DNA of 64,000 nt from an uncultured Spirochaetales bacterium. Lineage in GTDB: Bacteria > Spirochaetota > Spirochaetia > Sphaerochaetales > Sphaerochaetaceae. The position numbers and the translations under genes are program-made. The notes under the pieces are model-generated. The model was given only the letters and a program-made list of their open reading frames with translations, ran no database searches and had not been told where the DNA came from. The DNA lies in assembly GCA_934276485.1 (NCBI GenBank), contig CAKQTE010000040.1, positions 5,208 through 69,207 of the forward strand. The letters are read 5' to 3'. Below are positions 19,153 to 28,518 of the stretch, one piece after another (within the stretch, counting starts at the first letter, position 1; every line of letters starts with the position of its first letter).

Positions 19153-20298
19153 ATGAATGATAAAGATGATACATTGACAGTATGGCAAAGTGGTTCGATT
19201 ATCACGGGATATGGAATAGGTGGAGGCGTTATGGCGCTTCCTTATGTTGCTGCGAAAGTAGGAGTGTTGGGAGCATTTGGCGTATTGACGCTGGCATTCA
19301 TCTCTTCTGTGATTCTACATATCATGATCGCAGAACTATCACTTAAAAGTGGAGAAGATGGTCAGATCATTGCAGCATTCTCTCGCTATCTATTCAAAGG
19401 CAAGGCAAAGACATTCTTAACATATGCATTCTTTGTGATCATGGCATTGGTATTGGTTTTCAATCTAGCAGCGTATGTAGAAGGAGCTGCGGAGTTGATC
19501 TCTCCTCTCTTAGGTCTTTCTTCCTTTGTTTCCAAGCTCATATTCTATGTGCTTGCTGCATCTGTTGTTTTGTTTGGACTTAAAGCTGTAGGCGTAAGTG
19601 AATCAATAAGTGTCATCATTATCTACATTCTTATCTCGATACTTGCAATTTTCTCATTCATGAATATCAAGAATGATCTTCCTCTTAGCTTTGGAGGTGT
19701 AAATCCAATGCTAGCTTTCTTTGGCCTTTCGATGTTTTCATTCTCCGCATTCTTCTCTGTTCCTCAAGCGGTAAAGGGCCTAAAGGGAGATAGAAAGAAG
19801 ATAAGGAAAGCTATATGCATTGGAATGCTAAATAACTACATATTGATCATTCTGGTAACACTTTCTGCATTGTTGTCATCTGTTGAGATTACTCAAGTTG
19901 CAATGGTTGGCTGGAGTAAGGGTATCGGAAGATGGGCAGAGCTTGTGGGAACAATATTCACTCTCCTTGCGATGCTCACAACATATTGGTCAATTTCCCT
20001 TGCTCTTTCAGATATCATACATGAGCAATTGAAGCTTGATTCACGACTATGTTGGCTATGTGCAACGCTTCCTTCTTTGTTGGTTACTTTCCTAAGTCTT
20101 GCTTCTTTCATGGACTTCATGCGTATTGCAGGAGGTCTTATTGCAATCATCGTTGCATTGATGGTTGTTCCTGCATATAGATGTTGCAGAAAGGAAGGTG
20201 ATGAAAACCTTCTAGGGAAAGCTAGTGGAACAGCAATGGATGTGTTCATCATTGCCATGTATGTATTGATGGCTATAGGTAATGTAGTTGCAATATGA
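19153..20298 (+). CDS. Amino-acid permease-like transporter, paralog 2
   Basis: 381 aa. Clear paralog of the 16311 gene (GYGIGGGVMALPYVAAK, MIAELSLKSG, VPQAVKGLKGDRKKI). Confidence 0.75.
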   Translation: MNDKDDTLTVWQSGSIITGYGIGGGVMALPYVAAKVGVLGAFGVLTLAFISSVILHIMIAELSLKSGEDGQIIAAFSRYLFKGKAKTFLTYAFFVIMALVLVFNLAAYVEGAAELISPLLGLSSFVSKLIFYVLAASVVLFGLKAVGVSESISVIIIYILISILAIFSFMNIKNDLPLSFGGVNPMLAFFGLSMFSFSAFFSVPQAVKGLKGDRKKIRKAICIGMLNNYILIILVTLSALLSSVEITQVAMVGWSKGIGRWAELVGTIFTLLAMLTTYWSISLALSDIIHEQLKLDSRLCWLCATLPSLLVTFLSLASFMDFMRIAGGLIAIIVALMVVPAYRCCRKEGDENLLGKASGTAMDVFIIAMYVLMAIGNVVAI

Positions 20299-21869
20299 GT
20301 AGGATTCTATTTGAAAATGGAGTAATCCATAGTTTCAATTCTTCTTTCGACACATATACATATATGGGTGTTGAAAATGGAAAGATTGCATATCTTGGAA
20401 ACACAAAGCCATCTGGATACAACAAGACAATAGATTTAGGTGGCAAGCATATAGCTCCAGCTTTATTCGATAGCCATATGCATATGTTATATACTATCGT
20501 GCTTGCATCTGGCAGTTTCACTCTTTCTGAGATTGTAGATAACGAGGTGTATCCAAAGAATGCAGAAGATACTCTCAAGAAGATTAAAGCCTTTGCTAGC
20601 ACTCATCCAAAGAACAAGGTAATTGTTGCTAATGGCTTCATTCCATCTGCATTCTCTTCTCCTAGAATGCTCACACGCCGAGAGCTTGATGAGGCCGCTC
20701 CAGGAAAGGCTGTAATTGTCTATTCAATTGATGGACACTCTTCTTCGCTTTCATCAAAGATGATCAAAGAGCTTGGAATTGAAAGCGAAGATGGCATCAT
20801 GAGAGGAGAAGCGCATGAGTTCATTCAAGGAAAGGTTGCGGATGTAATATCAAGGAATCTGAATTTGAAGCTTCTTGCATCTGGGATAGCGAATTTTCTT
20901 AATACTCTTACCTCTTATGGTATTAGGGGAGTATCGGCACTCGATGGAAACGAAGATGTCAAGAATGATGTTTTGACAAAAGCATTGGCTTTCATTGCAA
21001 CAAAGCTTCCAATAGATATCTCGTTCTATCCTGAGTATCAGAACTATGACAGAGCACGAGAGTTTTTCAAGAAACAGAAGAATGCTCGTTGCGGAGGCTG
21101 CGGGGCTTGGGAGCTTGATGGTTCTGTAGGCTCTAAGAGTGCTGCATTCTATTCGCCATATCTTGGTAGCAAAGACTCTGGTCATACATATTACTCTGAT
21201 GAGCACATCAATGCACAGGTAAGAAAAGCACTGGATGAGAATATCCTTCTTACATGCCATGCAATAGGACCTGCTGCGATAGATCAAATTGTTAATGCTT
21301 ATTATCAGAACAAAGATGAACTAATTAAGCACAATGCACTATATAGAATCGATCACTTTGAATTTCCAACGCATGATGCTCTTGAGAAAGCTAAAGAGAT
21401 GCGCATTGGAATTACAGTGCAACCAGGATTTTCTTATATCGATAAGCTTGCTCTTCATAGCTATGAAAAGTACCTGCCTGAAGAATCATTGTCACTAGTA
21501 GTTCCATTGAAAAAGCTCTATGACTCTAAAGCTTTGGTTCTAGGCTCTTCAGATTCTCCAGTGCAGGATTTGGATCCTTATCTTCAGATGAAGGGCATGA
21601 TTCACTACTATACTGAGTCTGAAAGTCTATCTTCGCGCGATGCATATTGCACATATTCAGTAAATGCAGGAACTGTATTAGGGGAGGACTGGACCCTCTC
21701 TGTTGGTAATGATGCTTCTTTCAATATCTACCTGTCTAATCCTGAGGAGAATGAGCTTGGGCACAATGATTTGGATTCTCATTGGATTAAAGGAAAGAGA
21801 AGAACGAAGATCAAACATCCTCTCTTGTTCTTCTTTTCGTTGTTTCTAAGAAGAGGAAATAAGATTTAG
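20295..21869 (+). CDS. Amidohydrolase family 3 (YtcJ-like metal-dependent hydrolase)
   Basis: 524 aa. N-terminal HxH metal motif (FDSHMHM), internal TCHAIGPAAID, C-terminal GSSDSPV. ATGA overlap with the upstream permease. Confidence 0.85.
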   Translation: MSRILFENGVIHSFNSSFDTYTYMGVENGKIAYLGNTKPSGYNKTIDLGGKHIAPALFDSHMHMLYTIVLASGSFTLSEIVDNEVYPKNAEDTLKKIKAFASTHPKNKVIVANGFIPSAFSSPRMLTRRELDEAAPGKAVIVYSIDGHSSSLSSKMIKELGIESEDGIMRGEAHEFIQGKVADVISRNLNLKLLASGIANFLNTLTSYGIRGVSALDGNEDVKNDVLTKALAFIATKLPIDISFYPEYQNYDRAREFFKKQKNARCGGCGAWELDGSVGSKSAAFYSPYLGSKDSGHTYYSDEHINAQVRKALDENILLTCHAIGPAAIDQIVNAYYQNKDELIKHNALYRIDHFEFPTHDALEKAKEMRIGITVQPGFSYIDKLALHSYEKYLPEESLSLVVPLKKLYDSKALVLGSSDSPVQDLDPYLQMKGMIHYYTESESLSSRDAYCTYSVNAGTVLGEDWTLSVGNDASFNIYLSNPEENELGHNDLDSHWIKGKRRTKIKHPLLFFFSLFLRRGNKI

Positions 21870-21952
21870 AATGGAAATCTTCCTTTTCTAGTAAACCTAT
21901 TGGGCTTGATTGTCCGTTCTTGTTTTGTGGTACAATCAACTTTTGAAGAGAG

Positions 21953-22957
21953 TTGGAGGATATCTTGAATATTTACGATATTGCAGAACTAGCAGGAGTA
22001 TCGATAGCTACTGTTTCCAGGGTAATTAGTGGGAATGCTAAGGTTCGCCCTGAAACGAGAGCAAAGATTGAAGCTATCATGAAGGAGCATAACTATTCTC
22101 CAAGCATGATCGCTAGAGGTATGAACTCCAAATCATTAAAGACCATTGCTATTGCTGTTCTTAGTTTTTCAAACTCTCATCATATGAAGATTGCGCATGA
22201 GGTGTTGAGTGTGTTTTCCAAGATGGAATACAACGTCGTAATCTACGAAGCAGGTTCCTCGATAGATGATGTAATGGCATTTTTCAATAGAATGAAAGAT
22301 ATCTCCATCGATGGTATTGTCCTAGTCAGCTCTTTATTCAGTTTGATAGGCAATGATTATGATAAAGTGATCAATCTTCTAGGTGACATTCCTGTGATCA
22401 TTGCAAATGGTTGGGTACAAGGCATGTATGGTGTTTTGGTAGATGAGGACGCAGGATGCGTTGATGCTGTAAACCATCTTGTTGAAAAGGGAATCAAACA
22501 AATCTATTACATCAATAGCAACCATACAGAAAGCTCTATCAGAAAATATAGAGGATACAGAAGTGCTGTGCTATCAAACAATCTAGATGAGCATTCAATA
22601 GAGATCAATAAAGGATACTCTGAAGATGATGTAAGGAATGCTTTGTCTAGAATTGATTTTGCATCTGGCCAAATAGGAATCATATGTGATGAAGATATTC
22701 TTGCGCTTCATGTTGTCAAATACATACAGAAGATGGGGTTAAGGATTCCTGAAGATGTATCTATCATTGGATACAATGATTCTACTTATTGTGATCTTGT
22801 GCTTCCTCATCTATCGAGTATCGACAACAAGGCTCATACTCTAGGGCAAAAGTGTGCTGAATACCTATCTATTGCATTAAAAGATGGCACTTTAGGCGAT
22901 AAGCGAATTCTAGATCACATTAAGCCTGAGCTTGTGCTTAGGGGTAGTTCTATCTAG
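21953..22957 (+). CDS. LacI-family transcriptional regulator
   Basis: HTH NIYDIAELAGVSIATVSRVISGN. Paralogous to the 3817 regulator (shared PVIIANGW..G.YGVLVDE block). TTG start. Confidence 0.9.
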   Translation: MEDILNIYDIAELAGVSIATVSRVISGNAKVRPETRAKIEAIMKEHNYSPSMIARGMNSKSLKTIAIAVLSFSNSHHMKIAHEVLSVFSKMEYNVVIYEAGSSIDDVMAFFNRMKDISIDGIVLVSSLFSLIGNDYDKVINLLGDIPVIIANGWVQGMYGVLVDEDAGCVDAVNHLVEKGIKQIYYINSNHTESSIRKYRGYRSAVLSNNLDEHSIEINKGYSEDDVRNALSRIDFASGQIGIICDEDILALHVVKYIQKMGLRIPEDVSIIGYNDSTYCDLVLPHLSSIDNKAHTLGQKCAEYLSIALKDGTLGDKRILDHIKPELVLRGSSI

Positions 22958-23062
22958 TTTGTATACTTAAAATTTATATCTTTTCTCTGATAAAACTCAC
23001 TGTGGTTAAGTCTATAGTTTTCTGTAATACTTAAATACTAATATCCTGTTAGCAATACAAAG

Positions 23063-23087
23063 GATGTCTTTTGGGAGACATTTTTTC
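23063..23087 (+). terminator. Intrinsic terminator after the LacI-family gene
   Basis: ATGTCT-TTTGGG-AGACAT hairpin followed by a T6 run. Confidence 0.6.
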
Positions 23088-23108
23088 TGTATTCTTTTAT
23101 TTAAGTTT

Positions 23109-23151
23109 TGTCAATTTATATTTTGACAAGTTATAAATTGACTAGTATAAT
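23109..23151 (+). promoter_or_regulatory. Consensus sigma-70-type promoter with an overlapping 11-bp inverted repeat
   Basis: TTGACA (23123-23128), 17-nt spacer, TATAAT (23146-23151). GTCAATTTATA (23109-23119) and its exact reverse complement TATAAATTGAC (23132-23142) bracket the -35 element. Confidence 0.6.
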
Positions 23152-23157
23152 TCAATC

Positions 23158-24537
23158 ATGGACAGATTCATTGGCAGAAAAAGAGAACTTGAAGAATTAG
23201 AAAGACGATTAAGTTCTGATGATTTTGAATTCATTGTTGTTTATGGACGTAGAAGAGTAGGTAAGACAACTCTTATCGAAAAGGCTATTGATGGTAAAGC
23301 TTGTGTCTTCCTGCAAGCGACAGCCAATGATAAATACAACTTATCAGAATTATCTTTGCAGATAGGGGTTCTTTTTCCAGATTTAGCAGGTATGATTAAC
23401 TTTAATTCCTATCAAGATGTGTTTCGCTTTTTTTCTATTAAAGCTAAAGAGGAATCACTCATACTTGTAATTGATGAAATCTCCTATATTGCAGAGGGTG
23501 ATAACTCTTTCTTACAAATCCTTCAAAGCTTTGTTGATCATGAATTCAGAAAAACAAAGTTAAAGCTGGTTTTATCTGGATCTTATGTCCACTTTATGGA
23601 AAGCAATGTTATGGGGCCCCAAAGTCCTTTATTCGGAAGAAGGAGTGTTGCTATTAAGCTGGAGTCTTTCGCTATAGCAGAGAGTGTTTCTTTTTTTCCC
23701 TCGTGGAGTAGTGATGAAAAAGTAGCTGCCCATATACTTACGGGTGGTATTCCCTCTTATCTGAATCTAATTGCGTCTTTTGATAACTTGAAAGAAGCTT
23801 TAAAGAAGCTTTTCTTTAACTCTATGGGGCTTTTATATAATGAACAGCGAGTACTATTGAATAACTCTGTAAGGGCAGTAAGCAATTATGAAATGATTCT
23901 ATCCACTATAGCCAGTGGAACAAATAAGGTTACCTTGATTGCAGATAAAACAGGACTTGATAAAGCCAATGTAAGCAGTCTATTGCACTCCCTTAACTTG
24001 ATGGGAATCGTGGATGAAGTTGTTTCAATAGCACCTAAAGTCAGAAAGATAGGGTGGAGGATAGCAGATGGGTATTATGCTTTCTATTACAGATTTGTTT
24101 ATCCAAGCCGTAACATGATAGAGAGAAATCTTTCTGATATTGTGGTTGAACGTACAATGCAGAATCTGAATGTATTTATTGGGCGTAGGATTGAAACTGA
24201 TTTCAGAAACTATGTACTTGGTATAAGTGGATTTTTACCAGAACGATATGGCTTTGCTGAATTCGGAAATCCAATCACTCATCAGAATGAGGAAATAGAT
24301 CTGGTTGCAATTGATAATGAGGGTAGGTATCTCTTAGGTGAATGTAAATGGAAGAGTGAAAAGGTAGGTGTTGATGTGCTTGAAGATTTGTTAAGAAAAT
24401 CCTTATTGCTTAATCCTTCTGATTTTCAGTTGTATATATGTTCAAAATCAGGCTTTACAGATAAAGCTATTGAGTTTGCAAAACATGATAAGAGATATCA
24501 TTTGATAACAGGTAAAGAATTGATGGAAAGTGTTTAA
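23158..24537 (+). CDS. AAA ATPase of the archaeal-ATPase/DUF234 type with a PD-(D/E)xK-like C-terminus
   Basis: FIGRKRELEEL start, Walker A GRRRVGKTT, Walker B LVIDEISY, C-terminal EIDLVAIDNEGRYLLGECKWK (D...ExK pattern). Confidence 0.8.
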   Translation: MDRFIGRKRELEELERRLSSDDFEFIVVYGRRRVGKTTLIEKAIDGKACVFLQATANDKYNLSELSLQIGVLFPDLAGMINFNSYQDVFRFFSIKAKEESLILVIDEISYIAEGDNSFLQILQSFVDHEFRKTKLKLVLSGSYVHFMESNVMGPQSPLFGRRSVAIKLESFAIAESVSFFPSWSSDEKVAAHILTGGIPSYLNLIASFDNLKEALKKLFFNSMGLLYNEQRVLLNNSVRAVSNYEMILSTIASGTNKVTLIADKTGLDKANVSSLLHSLNLMGIVDEVVSIAPKVRKIGWRIADGYYAFYYRFVYPSRNMIERNLSDIVVERTMQNLNVFIGRRIETDFRNYVLGISGFLPERYGFAEFGNPITHQNEEIDLVAIDNEGRYLLGECKWKSEKVGVDVLEDLLRKSLLLNPSDFQLYICSKSGFTDKAIEFAKHDKRYHLITGKELMESV

Positions 24538-24622
24538 ATTTTAGTTGAACAAAATGGAAAGTTGACATTTATGAAAATTTCTATTGACAATTCTCTGCCT
24601 TCGGGTGACATAATATTTATAG

Positions 24623-24638
24623 ATGTAAGCGCTTACAT
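24623..24638. promoter_or_regulatory. LacI/cre-type operator upstream of the dlgD-like gene
   Basis: Perfect 16-bp palindrome ATGTAAGCGCTTACAT whose core TGTAAGCGCTTACA fits TGWAANCGNTNWCA. A half-similar TTAGCGCTTA lies just downstream. Confidence 0.55.
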
Positions 24639-24699
24639 TTTTAGTTAGCGCTTATTGCATTGCAATTATAAGAGGGGATACCTCAAAAGGAGAATAAGA

Positions 24700-25701
24700 A
24701 TGAGAGTTTCTTACGATGAGCTAAAAAACGAGTTCAAGCGTGTTTTGGAATCTAGAGGATTTTCCTCTGAAGATGCAGATAAGGCTGCAAGCGTATTTGC
24801 AGACAATAGCTTGGATGGCATCTATTCACATGGAATCAACAGATTCCCAAGAGTTGTTGAATACTTGGATAGAGGATCGATTAAACCAGAGAATGTTGCT
24901 ACTGTAGAGTGTTCTTTCATGGCATTTGAGCGCTGGAATGGTCATAGAGGCTTTGGTCCATTGAATGCTAGAAAGGCTATGGATAGAGCTGTAGAGCTTG
25001 CAAAGACATATGGAATCGGAGTTGTTGCACTTGGAAACAATAACCACTGGATGAGAGGTGGTAGCTATGGTTGGCAGGCTGCTAATCAGGGATGCATTGG
25101 AATCTGTTGGTCTAACACACAGCCAAACATGCCAGCTTGGGGTGGTGTGGACAAGAAGATTGGTAACAACCCATTTATCATTGCAATTCCAAAAAGCAAT
25201 GGTCAGCATGTAGTTGTAGACTGTGCTGTTTCTCAGTTCTCATATGGAAAGATTGAAGAGTATAAGCTAAAGGGCAAGCAACTTCCTGTATATGGTGGAT
25301 ATGACACAAAGGGACAGCTTACAACAGATCCTGCTGAGATCGAAAAGTCTTGGAGAGTTCTTCCAATGGGTTATTGGAAGGGAAGTGGAATTTCTATCGC
25401 TCTTGATGCTGTTGCTACAGTTCTTACAAACGCTAACTCTGTTGCTAAGATTGGTACATTCGGAGACGAAGTAGGACTATCACAGGTAATGATCGCTATC
25501 AACCCAGGAGTTGCTAACACAACTGAGCTTACAGATAGCATCGTTGAAGAGATTGTAAATGACATCAAGTCATCTATCCCAGAAAGAGAAGGCGGTACAG
25601 TATTCTATCCAGGAGAGATCGAATGGAATACAAGAAGAGACAACCTTGAGAATGGAATCCCTGTAATTGATGAAGTATGGGAGAAGATCAAGAATCTTTA
25701 A
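24700..25701 (+). CDS. dlgD: 3-dehydro-L-gulonate 2-dehydrogenase (Ldh_2 family, YiaK/DlgD-like)
   Basis: Collinear with E. coli YiaK as I recall it: GIYSHGINRFPR, NNNHWMRGGSYGWQAA, GICWSN, PMGYWKGSGISIALD. ATG 24700 follows AAAGGAG. Confidence 0.85.
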   Translation: MRVSYDELKNEFKRVLESRGFSSEDADKAASVFADNSLDGIYSHGINRFPRVVEYLDRGSIKPENVATVECSFMAFERWNGHRGFGPLNARKAMDRAVELAKTYGIGVVALGNNNHWMRGGSYGWQAANQGCIGICWSNTQPNMPAWGGVDKKIGNNPFIIAIPKSNGQHVVVDCAVSQFSYGKIEEYKLKGKQLPVYGGYDTKGQLTTDPAEIEKSWRVLPMGYWKGSGISIALDAVATVLTNANSVAKIGTFGDEVGLSQVMIAINPGVANTTELTDSIVEEIVNDIKSSIPEREGGTVFYPGEIEWNTRRDNLENGIPVIDEVWEKIKNL

Positions 25702-25719
25702 ACTATAGATGTTGTATTG

Positions 25720-25743
25720 GGCCCAGTCGTTTGCGATTGGGCC
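25720..25743. terminator. Hairpin between convergent genes (candidate bidirectional terminator)
   Basis: GGCCCA-N12-TGGGCC stem-loop between the dlgD stop and the stop of the 25750 gene. Confidence 0.4.
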
Positions 25744-25749
25744 ATTCTA

Positions 25750-26880
25750 CTAATCTGTATTCAAGTTCGAAAGCTTTATCTCTAGTTCTAGCTCTTGATT
25801 GAGTTTTATCTCTCTATTGAGCATTTCTTCCTCATCTTTCAAAGATGGAACATTGCTCTGTAAGTAGAGTCGACTTGAAATGTAATGAGTTGATTTATCA
25901 ACCTCTTTATTTCCAGAAATAACCTTGTATGCTAATGAAAGTCCTTCATACCCTTGTCTGAATGCATCTTGGTCGATAAGGGCATTTATAGTTCCATCTT
26001 TCATAGCAATAATGGATTCTCTGAAAGCTTCACTTCCTACAAATACTATGGATTTGGCTTTATCTGTATTTTGAAGGGTCTTTATGATTAATGCTGTGGT
26101 TCTTGCATTATTAGTATATATTCCTTGAACATAGTCGAAAGCAGAAAGAAAATCTTGAACGGTTTCTTGTAGCTTCTCGGGATATTTCTTAGATTCATAT
26201 ACTTCAATAACCTGTATCTTAGGATTTGAGATGTTCATTTGATCAAAGAAACCTCGAACCATGTTTGAATGGTTGTAAGCATCTCTCTTTGTTCCAATAA
26301 TCAATACCCTTCCAAAATCCTTTATAACGGATCCCATGTATTCTGCTGCAAGACGTCCTGTTTTATATGAGTTAGCCATTATCGACATTGTTCGAGCAGA
26401 AGATGGTGCATCAGAAGATATTGTAAATACAGGGATGCCTGAGTTATGAAATCTATCGATTATATCCAAGAACCTGGATTCTTCCCAAACAATAGTTATA
26501 AGACCTTGAATCTTATTTGCATAAAGCTTGAGAATAAGCTCCATTCTCTCCAATTGATTTTCGATTGTTCCATCGAATGTAACTTTGATTACGCGAAGAG
26601 AGGAATCTCTTAACTCTTCTTCTCTTGCTGCAATACCTGCCCATATATATTGATAGAAATATTGATCTTCTCCTTCGGGAGCAGGAAAGAGGACTGCAAT
26701 TGTTTGAGTTGGGGGTGCACTTGTTGACAGAGAACTGTAATTTAGATTCTTTGCTACTTGAACAATTTCAGCTCGTTTCTTTTCGCTTACTCCTTTGCTG
26801 TTTGAAAGAGCCTTATATACCGTAGCTGGAGCTACCCCTGTAAGTTTTGCAATATCCTGTAATGTTACCTTTCCAATCAT
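25750..26880 (-). CDS. LacI-type HTH regulator with a periplasmic-binding-protein domain and an extra charged C-terminal tail
   Basis: From MIGKVTLQDIAKLTGVAPATVYKALSN (LacI HTH), followed by a sugar-binding-like domain. The C-terminal 40 aa are coiled and charged. Confidence 0.8.
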   Translation of the reverse strand: MIGKVTLQDIAKLTGVAPATVYKALSNSKGVSEKKRAEIVQVAKNLNYSSLSTSAPPTQTIAVLFPAPEGEDQYFYQYIWAGIAAREEELRDSSLRVIKVTFDGTIENQLERMELILKLYANKIQGLITIVWEESRFLDIIDRFHNSGIPVFTISSDAPSSARTMSIMANSYKTGRLAAEYMGSVIKDFGRVLIIGTKRDAYNHSNMVRGFFDQMNISNPKIQVIEVYESKKYPEKLQETVQDFLSAFDYVQGIYTNNARTTALIIKTLQNTDKAKSIVFVGSEAFRESIIAMKDGTINALIDQDAFRQGYEGLSLAYKVISGNKEVDKSTHYISSRLYLQSNVPSLKDEEEMLNREIKLNQELELEIKLSNLNTD

Positions 26881-26927
26881 GTTTGTGCCTCTAGTAAATA
26901 ATAGCATAGGAAAAAAAGAAAAATAAA

Positions 26928-26988
26928 GAGAAAAATATTTCTCTAATTATTTAAAACTAGAAAATTTTAGAAAAAATATTTCTTGACA
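26928..26988. promoter_or_regulatory. Two GAAA-N-TTTC palindromes plus a -35 TTGACA upstream of the second TTT operon
   Basis: GAGAAA-AATA-TTTCTC at 26928-26943. AGAAA-AAATA-TTTCT at 26969-26983 abuts or overlaps TTGACA at 26983-26988. Confidence 0.4.
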
Positions 26989-27032
26989 TCGTGTGTTTGC
27001 GGACTTATTCTAGGCTCAAAGGAAGGAATAAT

Positions 27033-27497
27033 ATGAAAATTTCGCAAAAGTCTGGTTATCTTGATTTAATTAAGGATAAAAATTTCCTAGCATCCATCCT
27101 GGCTATAGTTTTTTCTTTCTATATGCTTGTTTCCACAACTAAAGCTTCTAGTGCTTATCCTTATGTCATTTTCTCTTTGATGATGGCTTTTGGAGTTTTG
27201 TTACTTGTTACTACTGTAGTTAAGAAAAACTATTCTTCAGTTGAAGCAATGTCCTGGAAAGAACTTTTGTTTATTGCTGTTCTTCTTATCAATCCATTCT
27301 TGGCTAAGACAGCTGGATTCTACGTATCAGCATTCATTGAAGTTTTTGTTATTTCGATTTTCATTTCCAAACAAAGAACAAAGAAAGTTATCTTATTCCT
27401 TTTGTTGTTCTCTGTTCTCGTTACATTGTTTTCCTATGTGATCTTCACATTTGGTTTAAGAATTCGCTGTCCAAAAGGAGCTTTATCGCTTTCCTAA
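27033..27497 (+). CDS. tctB: TTT-family small membrane subunit (TctB-like)
   Basis: About 154 aa from MKISQKSGY, four hydrophobic segments, precedes tctC/tctA homologues. Confidence 0.65.
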   Translation: MKISQKSGYLDLIKDKNFLASILAIVFSFYMLVSTTKASSAYPYVIFSLMMAFGVLLLVTTVVKKNYSSVEAMSWKELLFIAVLLINPFLAKTAGFYVSAFIEVFVISIFISKQRTKKVILFLLLFSVLVTLFSYVIFTFGLRIRCPKGALSLS

Positions 27498-27521
27498 ATA
27501 AAAAAAGGAGAAAAAGGTATT

Positions 27522-28484
27522 ATGAAAAGAAATCTAAGGAAATTGGTTCTTTTGTGTGCAATGTTGGCAATGGTTGCAAGTGTTTTTGCCTCCGGTCAAA
27601 GTGAAAGTGCAAATGATGTTTATCCATCAAAGGAAGTATCAGTAATCGTTATTGCAAACGCAGGTGGTGGTACTGATGCAATGGCAAGAGCAGTTACTGT
27701 TCCTCTTGAAACAATGCTTGGAAAGCCTTTTGTTGTTATCAACAATGGTAGTGCTGGTGGCTTGATTGCAAGTGAAGATATCTCACAGGCAGAACCTAAT
27801 GGTTATACACTTGGTGTTTTCTCTAATACAGACGTAGCAAACTTCGCATATACAATGGACGATTGCTTGTTTGATGTCGATGATTTCACATATATCGCAG
27901 GACTGAACACAACTGGTGATGTTGTTATTCTTAAGAAAGGTTCTCAGTTCTCTTCACTTGATGAATTCTTGGCATATGCAAAGCAGAACCCTGGAAAGCT
28001 GACTGTAGGACTTCCTTCTCCAATCCAGAAGATGAGTTTGACACTTTTCCAGAATGGAGTAGGTGCAACAGTAACAGGTGTTGTTTATGAAGGTGGAAAC
28101 AAGTTGTTTGCTGATTTGCTTGGTGGACACGTTGATGCAGCTATCTTAAGCGCAAAGTTCATTAAGCAGGCTGGAGAGAATAATCTTACAGTACTAGGTC
28201 TGATGCTAGATCAGAGATTGTCTTCATATCCAGAAGTACCAACATTCACAGAGCAGGGATACAAGATCGTAAACCCAGCAGTAAGAATGCTTGTTGGACC
28301 AAAGGGAATCAGTGAAGAAGTTGTAGCAAAGCTCGAAGAGACATTGAAGGAAGGCTTTACTGCAGATATGAAGAAGAATATCGAAACAATCGGAGAGGTT
28401 CCACAGCTATTGATTGGTGATGAGCTTGATGCATTCTTGAAAGAAGATTTCGAGATGAGAAAGGCATATTACGAGAGTCTTTAA
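27522..28484 (+). CDS. tctC: TTT-family substrate-binding protein (TctC/Bug)
   Basis: Signal peptide ending VFASGQ, then VIVIANAGGGTDAMARA, typical of the Bug family. Confidence 0.85.
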   Translation: MKRNLRKLVLLCAMLAMVASVFASGQSESANDVYPSKEVSVIVIANAGGGTDAMARAVTVPLETMLGKPFVVINNGSAGGLIASEDISQAEPNGYTLGVFSNTDVANFAYTMDDCLFDVDDFTYIAGLNTTGDVVILKKGSQFSSLDEFLAYAKQNPGKLTVGLPSPIQKMSLTLFQNGVGATVTGVVYEGGNKLFADLLGGHVDAAILSAKFIKQAGENNLTVLGLMLDQRLSSYPEVPTFTEQGYKIVNPAVRMLVGPKGISEEVVAKLEETLKEGFTADMKKNIETIGEVPQLLIGDELDAFLKEDFEMRKAYYESL

Positions 28485-28518
28485 GTTTTATTGTTGAGTT
28501 TATAGAGGAGGTTTCATT

